DNA of 64,000 nt. Origin: Zygnema circumcarinatum SAG 698-1b. Lineage: Eukaryota > Plantae > Zygnematophyceae. Positions 23,101-34,802 of this stretch are shown one piece after another. Each line of letters starts with the position of its first letter. Position 1 is the first letter of the stretch. The notes below the pieces were generated by a model. That model was given only the letters and a program-made list of their open reading frames with translations. It was not told the DNA's origin and did not search any database. The translations under genes were made by a program, and so were the position numbers. Location: contig CM074808.1 of NCBI GenBank assembly GCA_037447605.1, positions 1,426,001 through 1,490,000 of the forward strand, given 5' to 3'.

Positions 23101-25763
23101 TTGTGTAATCACTAGTTCAACCTGTAGGTTGTCGCAAATCCTGAAGCTGCAAGTCTCACCTGTGTTCATATCCATCCTTTTTTAGCTGTGGCGAGAGTCG
23201 TCATGTCTGCTGCTTCTTTTCACACCTGGAGGTGCTGATTCTCAGCCAGGAGGTGTAGCCCAACGGGAATTGCCGAAGCTTTTATACGGAGCAAGCAGCC
23301 CATATGCGCGGGTGCCTGAGGCAGCAGGAGTGAAGTCCATCACCCAAGAGGATCTGCAAGCTTTTCATGCAGCCAATTTCCGGTGCGCTTTGCTCCCCTA
23401 TAGCTACAGAATATCTCTAATTTTAAATGATACCACCAACTTGAATTGAACACAGGTCCCTTTCTTGCTGCTCCGCAATCATCGTTGCGCTCTCATGCTC
23501 CTCTGAAGGGGCAACGTGTTGGTCATCTTGGGTGCATCAAGTGTGCAAGCATCCAGCAAGCGCAACGTGTTTCTGCATTACGTCCGCTGGCAATTATGCG
23601 TTTGCACTCTTTATGCGTTGCATTTCATTGCAGTTTATAGGACTTGCTTTTTTTGGCTTGCTTGCAGTTTATATCATGCTATGTTCATTGAAGGTACTGA
23701 AGTCTAATACTGGCTTGCAGGCCTGATCAAGCAGTACTGGGCATATGGGGAGATTTTGAACCCGCAACAGCAAAATTGCTCGTTGAAGAGTTCTTTGGGG
23801 ACTGGTCTCCTGCCCCCTCATCACTTACTGTAGGCGGAATGTTGGCATCTGACGGCATGCAAGCGGCTGCTGTAGAGAAAGGTCTGAGTGAGCAGCCAGC
23901 TGCCATTTATCTTCTTGATCGCCCTGGACTCACGCAGGGGTCAGTATATGGCCCTTTTTGTCTTGTGTATATCTGTCTTCACTTTACATGAAAGTTTGGT
24001 CAATTCAGTTTTCTAAATATTTATCATGGAGGTTGCATCTAGGTATCAGACAATGAGCCCATTAACGTAGAAGATACTCCGAGGGCTAGCAATATCTGAT
24101 TTTTGTAGCTTCATTATCTCCTTTCTCAGTCTTTAGTCGACGGTTGCTCCGTCGTCTGCAGTTGGGCAGAACTCAATTGCCTCTTTAAACTTGCCCTTAT
24201 AGTCTGACCTATCATTTCTGCTGGATATCTGCATAAGCAGATATGTGCGCATATCTGAGCTTGGCACCACGTTGGCGGACCCCGACGTGTTCGTACTGGA
24301 TGTGCTAAACTCGATGCTGAATGGTTTTGGAGGTCGCCTATTTGACCAGGTGAGAGAACACGTATATGCTGTGTTCTTTTTATCAAGCAGTGCTTTGCCC
24401 GGTGAATTCTGAAACCACTTGATGCTGAAGATCTGATGGGAACTTTTGTCAGGTTCGCTCGCGACAAGGCCTCGCATATTCCGTGTACGGCGGCTGGGCA
24501 CCAGCTGTAGAGCATCGGGTGTGCCTCATCCCAAAAATCTCGGGGCTTGTTTTTTTGGGTTTATGAACTGAACTGTGCAGATTTAGAAATTCCTCTTTTG
24601 ATTAAGCGGGTCGTAATTTCCTCTATAGTGAGAGAAAGAAATACATGTTAGCATAATGATTACCAAAAATGATTTCTCTGTGCTATTTGTATCAAGCTGC
24701 CCAACTTAACCTGTTTTTTCGTTGTCGGGCAGGGTTCGTTTGTGGCCGGCGGCGAGACGCGGGTGGATTCCGTGCCGCAATTTGTGCGCGCTGTGCAGCG
24801 CGTCTTGGCGGACCTCACCGTGGAGCCTCCCTCTGAAGGTGAGGATAGATGCGACTTCAGAAATGAGAGAGAGGGAGGGAGAGCTTGGGGAGGGAGGAGC
24901 TTAGGGGGGAGCTTAGGGAGGGACCGTGTTGTCGTTTCCTTTCGTGCATACGGTCATGAACAAGTTTTTTTTAAACTGTGTCTGGATTAATTGTTGATGG
25001 ACTAGAGGCTGGTTGTCATAATGACTCGTTGTTCCTAGAACTTTGTGCCTTTGTTTGCGATATATATCGGAGGAAGTTCGCTCAAAACCTGGCGTCGATT
25101 TTGCATGGCAGCATTCCACAGGGAGGAGTTGTTTTGAAGCTCAGCTCTGCGAGAGTTTTGTTGACTCCTTCAGTGGGGGGGGTCTGCAGAGGAATTGGCG
25201 CAGGCAAAAGATGCAGCCTTGAATTCCTTCGTCTTCAACTTTGTAGATTCGTAAGTAGCAGCCTAAAGCATATCCAGGGAGAGAATGGTTTTGTTCGAAG
25301 TGGGTTAAGGGGATCCCCCACAGTAGCTTTTGCCTGCTGAGCACTGCAGGGCCTGGCAGTCCTTTCTTTGATTTATGCGGACCATTACATCTCGTGCGTC
25401 TTTGAGGAGATTTATTACTTGTGAACCAAACGCGGAGCATTTTGAGCTTGATGTCACAATGGGGAGGCTTGCATTCTGCCTTCTTCTAACATAGTGCTCT
25501 GTTGTTTTCTGGCAAAATGCAGTGGTTCTCAGCTGAGCCGAATAATGACGTATGAGCTGTTTGGCGTGGACCAAGATTTTCTTTTCAAGTACAAGCGCGC
25601 AGTGGAGCAAACCACGAGGGAAGATGTGCTGCGTGCGGCCCAACGCCACCTGCACCCCGGCAAGCAGCTCGTGCTTGTGGTCACGGATGCCAAGACTGTT
25701 CGGAAGGAATTGGAGTCTTCACTTGACTTGCCAATCGTTGACTTAAGTCTGGACGATAGTTGA
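20151..25763 (+). CDS. M16B-family (cyanobacterial-type processing protease) homologue lacking HXXEH; plastid, possibly thylakoid-lumen, targeted
   Basis: 14 in-phase exons: 20151-20602, 20826-20958, 21207-21263, 21584-21637, 22256-22342, about 22610-22715, 22976-23061, 23246-23382, 23721-23939, 24241-24349, 24453-24518, 24733-24838, 25190-25250, 25523-25763. Motifs LPNGLRVLLLEDHEL, VGLAAITGAVQRAGG, GGRLFDQVRSRQGLAYSV, AKDAALNSFVFNF. Confidence 0.88.
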
Positions 25764-26498
25764 AGTTTGTAGTACTGATCCGCAAAGCTCGCTCTGCTGC
25801 TCATTTGTTCATACAACTGTGTGATAGATGTTTGCATGTGTTGATTTGTCAACGGAGCTGTCCCATGCCTGGCCTGTGCTCAAGGCCGCTTATGCAGGGG
25901 GGGGTGCAGTCTGCAGGGGAAAGCGACAGGTCTGGAAAGGCAGTGCTCAAACAATGCTTAACTGTGCTTTCATTGTTTATATGTTTCCCGTACAATTTTT
26001 CTGCACAATGGAGAATCTTTGGCCGTTATAAAGGTAGCTTGACATTGGTTTGATTGCAGTTTTAGGTTGTGTAGAGTGGGTGGCTGCTTCTTGTTCGTGG
26101 CTTCGCTACATGATGAGACTGAAGACCTCTTCAAAATCTGAAGAAAAGTCCACAAAGAAATGCCGCTTGCGATAGGGCGTTTCCTTTTTTGTTATCATTT
26201 GCAACGAACCTTGGCCTCACGCTTCTGGTGCATCTCTCTCCATGCGAGAGGGATATCTGATACTCCTAACTGCGTTATATTGTAAGTTCACGTCGGAATT
26301 ACAACATTCTTTTATTGGATGCTTGAAACCAAATCTCGCCTAAGTTCCTTACCCAGTGGAAGGACTATACCACCACCAAGAAACGTGCCCCACACTTCTT
26401 AATTCAAACATCTTCCTCGCCAAGTGTGACTCCACCAATCAAAATTACAAACACCAATCTTCCATGAATCACCACAATTGCAATCGTATACCCCCACA

Positions 26499-26546
26499 CC
26501 CCCCCCCCCCCCCNNNNNNNNNNCCCCCCCCCCCCCCCCCCCCCCC
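26499..26546. other. Assembly gap (10 N at 26514-26523) inside a poly-C run
   Basis: C15-N10-C23 visible in the sequence. Confidence 0.97.
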
Positions 26547-26607
26547 TTCAACCCACTAGCGAAAGTGGCACAAGCTCTTCTTGGGTTTCAATGGAGCGGC
26601 CTTGGCC

Positions 26608-26641
26608 TGCATGCATGCATGCATGCAAACCCTAACCCTAA
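26608..26641 (+). promoter_or_regulatory. RY-like (TGCA)n repeat directly followed by a telo-box upstream of NOT2
   Basis: TGCATGCATGCATGCATGC at 26608-26626 and AAACCCTAACCCTAA at 26627-26641, ahead of the GC-rich NOT2 leader. Confidence 0.45.
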
Positions 26642-27814
26642 TTGCTTCCACCACGTCGTGGTTTTCTCTTGCCCGGCCGGCCGTACAGCGGCGGGCGACC
26701 CGCCCGGCCCGATCCTACCCGGCGGGCGGACAGTACTTCTCGAGCTCGAGGGGAGCGCAGTGTGCTTTGGAGTCCAGCGCCCTCCGACTGACTACTGGAC
26801 TGGTCGCCAGCCAGCAAGCGCCCGGACTCGCTCGTCTCCTCCTCGCGGCCAGAATTAGGGCAAAGCTCGCGCGCATTTTCGGGCGCTGGACGCCGTGTCG
26901 CCTGACTGGCACGAACAAGGGGCAGCGCAAAAGCTCTGGAGCAGCAAGAGAGTAAGCAGTTTTTTTCTCTGCATTTCTCGAAGGGCTACCTGCTGTATGA
27001 GGGACGTCTGCATTTCGACTCGGCAGGTATCTTTTGGCTGGGCCGATTAAAGAAGCCAGCGCGCATTCTTGCTGTTGTCAAAGAACTCGACTTTTGTGTC
27101 AAGACCTGACCATGTCAGCCCTGGGTTGCATGAGACTTTCGTATGTAATCGTTCATTGTTTCAGAAGTAACTCAGCCGCCGGCCAGGACTGATCGAAAGC
27201 GGGCTATCTTCTATGAGTCTGTCGTCCGGATAACGATTGTATCTGCCAACTCGTCGTGCACAGCATTAGGGTTCAGCTGGACAGAGGGGAGGGCGTCAGG
27301 CTTGGTTCCTGTAAACGGCGCTGTGCCATTGCGTGGAAAATTTTGGTCGACCAAGCTCGTTTGAAGTTTCAGCAATTGATACATAGGAATACCGTTATTT
27401 AGGGTTATCCATGTTTTTTTCTTGACTGGTCTTACTTTTAGTTGAACATGTCTTCCCATTTCGCCACCGCTCCTGGAGTTCCATGTACAGGCATGTAACT
27501 TTTTCAGCTCTCTTGTTACGTGATGTAGTTCGCTTATCCTGCGCTTTTTGGATATGCAGGTTCTGTCTCTGGTGAGCATGCGGGAAAATTGTTTCAGCAA
27601 ACACCGAAATGCCAGATAGTCTTTCAACTGTTTTTCGATCATGTTCTTCCCGTTTCGTCAGGAGGGTAACGTCAAAGAGGTTTGTACTCTATAATCGGCT
27701 ATCCGGTAGACCTAAACGTTCTGTGTTCGAACAATGCAGTCTCTTCTGGAAGTATTTCTTCCTTCAGCTATGTAGAAGGGAGTTCTCAGTTTTCAGTTGC
27801 ACTGCTGTTCGCAG

Positions 27815-30800
27815 TCTATGCTCAATACCTCGGCGGCAACTGTGCTTGACCCTGGAAACAATACAAGGCCGTTTTCCTCCTCATTTGCTTCAGCTCAGAC
27901 ACAAGGAGGAAATCCTGGTGGCTTCCACCATGGAGGTATAGTCTCGTTTCAGGCGCATAGTATAATTTGTTAAATCATGCAGACTTCTTTCATCCGGCAA
28001 CTACCTCTGAGGTCCAGGGCTGTCCTTGTTTCGTGGTTTCTATCTTTACGTTTCTGCGGGTTAGATTTGATTTGAGATGGCTAGGGTTGAAATTTTTTGT
28101 TCTTAGTTAGGTATAGTATTTAGCCTGAACGATACCTCTGGAATACCATGCACGATATTTTATTTTTTTCCACATTTGTTTCCCTCGGATAGAAAACATT
28201 TTCATGCAAGTAATGCCTACCGGCGGATGCCTCCGGGCGTTTTTGCGGCGGGCAGGTTCTTTGCAGTCACTCCACAATATGCCAGGGGCGTACAACTTGC
28301 AAAACATGCAGACTGCGCTTTCCTCAAGGAACGCTCAAACAAGTGCGGCGCAGCATCCCTCAGGAAGCCTTGCAACTGGGCGCTTTGCTTCAAACAATAT
28401 TCAAGGAAATTTGCCGCAGGTGAGAAGTGCTTTCTGTATGTGTCCAACCTTCAACCCTCCTCGCAACTCAGAGGCCTTTGAAACAATAACTTTTGGCGTG
28501 TCTACTGTTTCCTGGTAAGATTGCAGTTTCAGTTGAAGTCATGTCTCGAAACTGCATATGGTGGTTTGCATTCCTGTGCCACTGGAATCTGCACCGTACC
28601 ATGAGAATGTTTACTGCTTGCTTTGAATCGGGAATGCTGTTTCTTTTAATAACTTTGCGTTTAAGCTCGTCAGTGTTAGTAAACTAAAGAGATTTTCGTC
28701 CATTCTCTACATTTTTCTGCTCAAAAAACGCAGTGTAGTGTCAAAAGGTGCCGTGTTTAATGGTTAACGTGTGTTCTATATGTAAAGCAGATGTCACACA
28801 CTGGACTTCATGGACACAGCACGATGCCAACTCGTGGTGGCTTAAATGTGAACCATCAGTTTAGCAGCAATATGAATGGGTTAGCCGCTGTTGGACCCGG
28901 TAATAGTACAGCAGGAGCGAGTGGCAGTGTAGCAAATCCCCGAGGTTCCTTGGGAGGTGGTGGAATGGCTGTAAATCCGTCGCTTTTAGCAGCTGGAGCC
29001 CGTTTAGGGGCGCCGGGTGTAAGTATGGCAGGTGGAGGAAATCTTCAGACAATTGGCAGCTCTGCAGCTGGGGGAACTCTCAACAGAAATTTGAATACGG
29101 GTGCAGTGTTAAACATGGCGGCTCTGAATGGTTCCAGAGGCATGGCCAATGTTGGCCTTGGACCCCTTGGGAGCAGTGGAGCATTGGCGGCCCAGGGTCC
29201 AGGCCGGCCAGGAAGTGGAGGAAATTTGATGCAGCAAGCAGTAAATATGCCTTCTGCAGCATATAGCCCCTCCGGCGACATTTTAGCAATGATAAGTCGA
29301 GGTAGGTTTGTCTTGCGATGGTGAAAGTGGTGAGACATGGAAGGCAGTTCTGGGAGTGTATGCTAAAAATCTGTGGTTGATTCTTGTTGGACTTAGAGCT
29401 CAGGTAGAAAGTTTGCCAATTTGAAGATCTCTGACATCTTTGTTCTCTTTTCCTAATATGCATTTGGTGAGACCGTTATCCAAGGGGGTACCTTTTCCTT
29501 TTCCAAAGTCACTTTTCTAAAATAGGTGAGCAACATATGGGGGGGGGGGCAGCAGGTCAACCTGGGGGAATCCTTTTGGGGAACAATTATTCTGCTGCGC
29601 CTGGTGCTAGTATGCAAGGACAACCTCAGGGAGCCAATGGACAAATTGGAAGTCTAGGGCTAAACAATTCCGATTCAAGCACAAGTGAAGGTCTTGCATT
29701 CGACATCAATGAATTTCCCTCGCTGACATCTCGGCCAAATTCAGCATCTGGCGCATTGGGTGCTGGTAGGATGTTTTACTCTTCTTAGAAGCTGCTGCGC
29801 TTTTTTCAATGAAGAGTTCATATGGATTCTCAAACCAGGGTTTTTTCATTTTACTTGGCAGCTGCAGCCCTGCGAAAAAATGCCATTGTTCAGCAGAATA
29901 CGGAGTTCAGCATACAAAACGAAGACTTTCCTGCCTTGCCAGGCTTCAAAGGTAAGCCTTTCAGGGCAAAGTTCATGGCCCGAGGGGAGGGTATCTAAGG
30001 TTGCTGTTTTGGTTAGGTTAACAGGACCTTAATTCAATAAGGCCAACTTATTGCTTACTTTGGCTTGTGGTTAGTAATTCGTTGAGTTCATCAATTTTAA
30101 TCATGGCAAGTTATCCTTTTTTGAATATCTGCAGCTGGTGGAGGTGCTGATATAGGGGAGCTTCACAAGGACCAACAGCAGGACGGTGGCATGTCTGGCT
30201 TGCAATCTCTGCACTTCTCGGTAAAAGAAATTCTGACGTTTGGAGCTGACTTAAAGCCTATATGCATACGTTTGGGTTACGCAAACTTGGTGTGTATAAA
30301 CGGAACATTGTGCTTCTAATTATGTGTGCCATCGTAGGGAACAGTTGCCACAAGGCAGCCTCAGTATGTTGAATTTTTTGTCATCAGATGATGCTCTCCC
30401 ATCTGATCCTTGAATGTAGATTTTTATCCTTCTTTGGAGCACGGGAATGCAGCTACCAGTTTTCTCTTACTTCCTAAGAATACTTCATTCTATCTTATGT
30501 GCCCTTCAGGGACATCTTGGAGGACAGCAAAATTCTGAGCAGTCGGTAATGGCAGGCTTGCGTAACCTCACGTCAACAGGAACTAGTTCTGGCTTGAACC
30601 AATATGAGCAGTTGGTTTCTCAGCACCAATTCCAGCAAACACAGGCGCAGCAATTGCAGCATCAGCAGGCACAAGTTCGGCTAAGTACTCATCAGCAGCA
30701 ACAATTGGGGGCCACAAATCAATTGAGTGGGAGGGATACGGCATCAAGGCCAGGAGGGCTTCAGCAGGGCTCCCACGATCAATTCGGATTGTTGGGGCTA

Positions 30801-33123
30801 CTTAGTGTGATTCGAATGAGCGATGCAGATTTGACCACTTTAGCACTGGGAACGGACTTGACAACACTAGGCCTCAACTTAAACTCTCGAGAGAATCTGT
30901 ACAAGACATTTGCATCCCCTTGGGCGGAAGGGCCAACACGGGGAGAACCGGAGTTCACTCTGCCTTCGTGTTATATACAGCCTGCTCCTAGTTTACAGGT
31001 GGGTTGCAATTCCTAATTTGATGATATTATGCATTGTCGTTTGGTCTTCTACCTTGGTGAGTCTTCCTTTTTTGAACCTATGATGATCCTCCTCAGTCGC
31101 AAAAAGTGATCTCTGCTGCCGCCATTAGGAACAAGGGTTGTCTAGCTGTCCCTTTTGTCTGCTTGTAGTTGATGGCCTTAGCCGGATGGAAATGGAGAAT
31201 AGCTCTGGAATGACATTGATAATCCAGGATGGAATGGCCAGCTGGCTAGAGACATGGGCTGTTGATGGCAGCTTCGCTTTGATCAAGCACTGTCTAAGTT
31301 TCAGTTTTGAATGAAACAGCAGTGTTTTATGTTTTGCATAGAAAGCAGTCTCTCTGTCGTGCAAAGGACGGCCGAATTGCATACAATAAAAAATCGCGAA
31401 TGGTACCTGTTTCTTGTTGAAAGAGGCATGCTCATCAATATTTGAAGACACGCCCTGGAGAGTTTAGGTGCCATTCGAGAGATTGGATGTTTTTTCTGCA
31501 TGACATACTTGGTCTTTGGTGTGAGGTCCCTGCGTCCACGATGATGTCATTAACTGAATTGCGTACAGGTTGTTTACTAGACAATTTTCTATCGATGTGT
31601 GGGGCTACAGGCATTCCCCTTGTTGTCTATGACTGCAAAGTTCTACAGCTAAACACTTCAAATGTATGATTGTGAATAGGGAAACGTTAATAAGGCTTTT
31701 TAACGTCGACGGTACGGGCATTGTTTATGTGCAGCCTGGTTACTTCTGCAAGTTCCAGCGAGATACTTTGTTTTACATCTTCTACAGGTGAGTCGGAAAG
31801 ACATGTCTCTATTTTCCCTCTGTGCTCAGGTTCTTCATTCAGTCCTGTTCCATGCTCTTCCCTCTTTGGAATCGTATCTCTGTTTGGTGAATGGGGCCAA
31901 TGATTCCGGCGTTAAGGAGTTTCAGTTTTTGCTTAGAAGTGCTTCTAACCTTAGCTTTATGATTGCAGCCAGCATATTTTTTATTTGATGAAAGATATGA
32001 GGTTGCTGCGCCATGAAAGGGGATCCAGTATTTTCTGGAATTAATCATCTTACCTAATTCATATGGGCTTCTTGTTTCTTACATACGTAAAAATTTTGGG
32101 TGGAATGACTTACCGCTTTCATTTCCAATCTGCATCGCAGCATGCCAAACGACGAGGCACAAATATATGCGGCAGAAGAATTGTGAGTCTGAACTTCCTC
32201 TGTCGCACTGCATGGAATTTATGGTTTATTTGCGTTGTTTCTGGTCTGAGATATGCAGGAACTCATGGATTGTGGTTCCAGTCATCTTCACTATTGCTCA
32301 TGTTTTACCATGGACTGGTTATTTGCTTTGGTCAGTCAGCTGATTCATTTGAACTTTCAACTGAATCACTGATGTGCAACAAAGCTACGGATGAAATGAA
32401 TAAGCAGCAGACAGGATTGTCTTTGGGGGCGGGTGTAAGCATGTTACTCCTTAAGGGCATTTGACATTCTTGGCTTCATAGTACTTGCATTTGCGTTTTC
32501 ATGCTCATGGAAGACAGGCTCCCATAGAGTCCTCTGAAGCCTGTGCCCTTCAACTATGTGGACAATGCAGGCACAATAGAGGGTGGTTCTACCACAAGGA
32601 GCATCAACTGTGGTTCACGCGAGTGGCCAACACGGAGCCACTTGTAAAGAACCAGAACTATGAGAGGGGTTCATATTACTTTTTCGACCCAACTGTCTGG
32701 GAAGTCGGACGGAAGGTCAGTGGTTCATACAGTCGTTCGTTCCCGGGCCTGCTGCGCGACTATCATGCAGTTTAATTGAATTCAATTCAATTTGTATAAT
32801 ATGTATCATGGCATTTAACCTACATTGGGCCTATCTGCAAGAGATCTATTGCGGGAGGAGTTTATGTGCTCTGGGAGACCAGAAGAATTTCTTTCTATGC
32901 CTATGAACATTCTCTTTCGCCCCAAAGAAATGTGATGTGTTCGTTGCTTGGCCCAAACTGAAGAGACTTCCTGAAGTGATCAGCCGTACACTCTGCAGTT
33001 CTTATGCCAAGCCTGGAGTCTCAACTGGTGCGGTGTGTTGCTGGTGGCGGAGTGCAGGACAACTTTGTGCTTCAATATGAACTGTTGGAGAAAAGACCTG
33101 CGCCCGTTCTTCCTCAGCGGTAG
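27815..33123 (+). CDS. NOT2: CCR4-NOT complex subunit NOT2 (VIP2-like); first short coding exon not resolved
   Basis: Exons 27815-27935, 28256-28419 (GRFASNN), 28791-29301, 29526-29766 (FDINEFPSL), 29862-29951 (EFSIQNEDFPALPG), 30136-30220, 30510-30998 (DQFGLLGLLSVIRMSD...LALGTDLTTLGLNLNS), 31735-31787, 32141-32182, 32571-32715 (NRGWFYHKE), 33058-33123 (TAG). Confidence 0.95.
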
Positions 33124-33740
33124 CCCGAGGGCCCAGCAGGGTGCTCTCCCTCTCTAGTGGGCGCTCAGGGCTGCTCTGTTCGTACTGCTGCTGCACAGGA
33201 AGCCCGTGCGGGCTATGGCCCTTCAATGCCACCTCCCCCCTTGTTCTCGCCTGTGCTGTCTATGCTGTGCTGTGGCTGAGTGGGAGCTTGGAAATGGTGA
33301 TGGCAGTGTTTCGTTTCCTTACCTAATGTTCGCATTTCCTGGTTCATTGTTTCCGCGTCTGTGGCTTCATCCTCAGTCCTGAGGAGTGCAGAGGGGTAGA
33401 AATGTAGCCCTCACAGAGATGGGGGTCATGGAGGACCGTTGGATCGCATGGGTGAGCACTCCATGGAAGTGGCAAACCAGAAACACAGCCCTCGTCCGTG
33501 ACTCTCGTGACAGGACTCGCAGGGAAGCAGGGGCTGTATCTGCAAGCAGTTTGCTTCCGTCTGCTTGTTCTCGCTGACTATTGAGCCCTGTAGCACAAAA
33601 CAAATTTGCGATCCTCTACCGAATTGTTCATAACACGGTTAATCTTGAAAATTGTACAACCCCAAAGAGAAGGAAGCCCAGTCCTCGCATCTTCAAACAT
33701 AAGTCAAAGGCGGATCAATATCCGAGTTCGTTGCCTTGTT

Positions 33741-33770
33741 GACGATACAGTTCGATACAGTTCGATACTA
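33741..33770 (+). repeat. Short (TTCGATACAG)~3 repeat related to the GATAC satellite
   Basis: gacgatacag ttcgatacag ttcgatacta. Confidence 0.6.
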
Positions 33771-34802
33771 ATTATAAAATACGTCGACGTAAATTCGTGG
33801 TCATCCGTACGCCCTTGAATCCGCACCGTACGATCTATCCATGTGGCAGTGAGTGATTGACTGATTGCCTACTGAACATACAGTACCCCATTTTATTCCT
33901 ATATTCGATCCCAAAAATGCCCTTGACTAATGCTGCTGTACGGACCAAAACGACCACCAAGCATTGCCTGTCGGCAACGCAACAAGACGAAATTTTGCGG
34001 TCGCTTTCGGTTGATCGTGTGAGGTGCCAAGTTCATCAGCGAAAACCTGTCAAACCAGCGCCAATCAGAGCTCGTCACGTCGGACACGTTGCTGACATGG
34101 CACAAAGCCCATGCTTGGCATGTACCCAGTGGATCCAAGTCCAATAAGTTGTACGGTTAAAACGGGAAATGCGGGGGAGCTTGCCACGTCGGCTAATGTG
34201 CAACGTGTACATCTTCAACGGTCAAAAAATAAAAATCACTGAAATTCAAACCTTACAAAATCTGCAAAACGTCAAAAATTCAATTTTTTTTTTCTCAGGC
34301 GAAGGCGTAGGCTGGCTAGGCAGGGGCCGTTGGCCTTGATATCTTTCGAGCCTGAGGTTTGGGACAGGCTCGGGGCTGGCTCGGGCCACCGCGGGTGGCG
34401 GCGGCGAATCTTTGGCCGCACGGAACGCGCGCTTCAAAAAAAAAACTCTGACGAGTCTGGGCCATTTCCAGCCGTCGGATCAGACCGGGCTCAGATCCGA
34501 CGGCGGACGATGATGTCTCCATCGCCATGGCCCTCGGGTCCCGGCCATGGGGTGGCCCTCCGCAGCCATCACCCGGCGGCTGGGAGGGACGGAGGGAGGG
34601 AGTTGGTGAAAAGGGGAGCGCTGGCATTTTAACAGTTGGCAGGAAGGAAGGGAGAGAGAGGACGAGGGAGAGTTGCAGGTTGAGAGTTGCAGGCGGTTCA
34701 AGGGAGAAGGGGGAAGAGGGAGACAGGGCGGCCCGCGCGCTGCGCTGCGTTCTTGTACGAGCTTCAGCTTTGTTTTGCCAGTTTCAATTCAAGCTTGTCA
34801 AG

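Noticed and set aside
27211-27642. 143-aa antisense ORF in the NOT2 5' region
   Set aside because: No motif or splice support; the length is compatible with chance.
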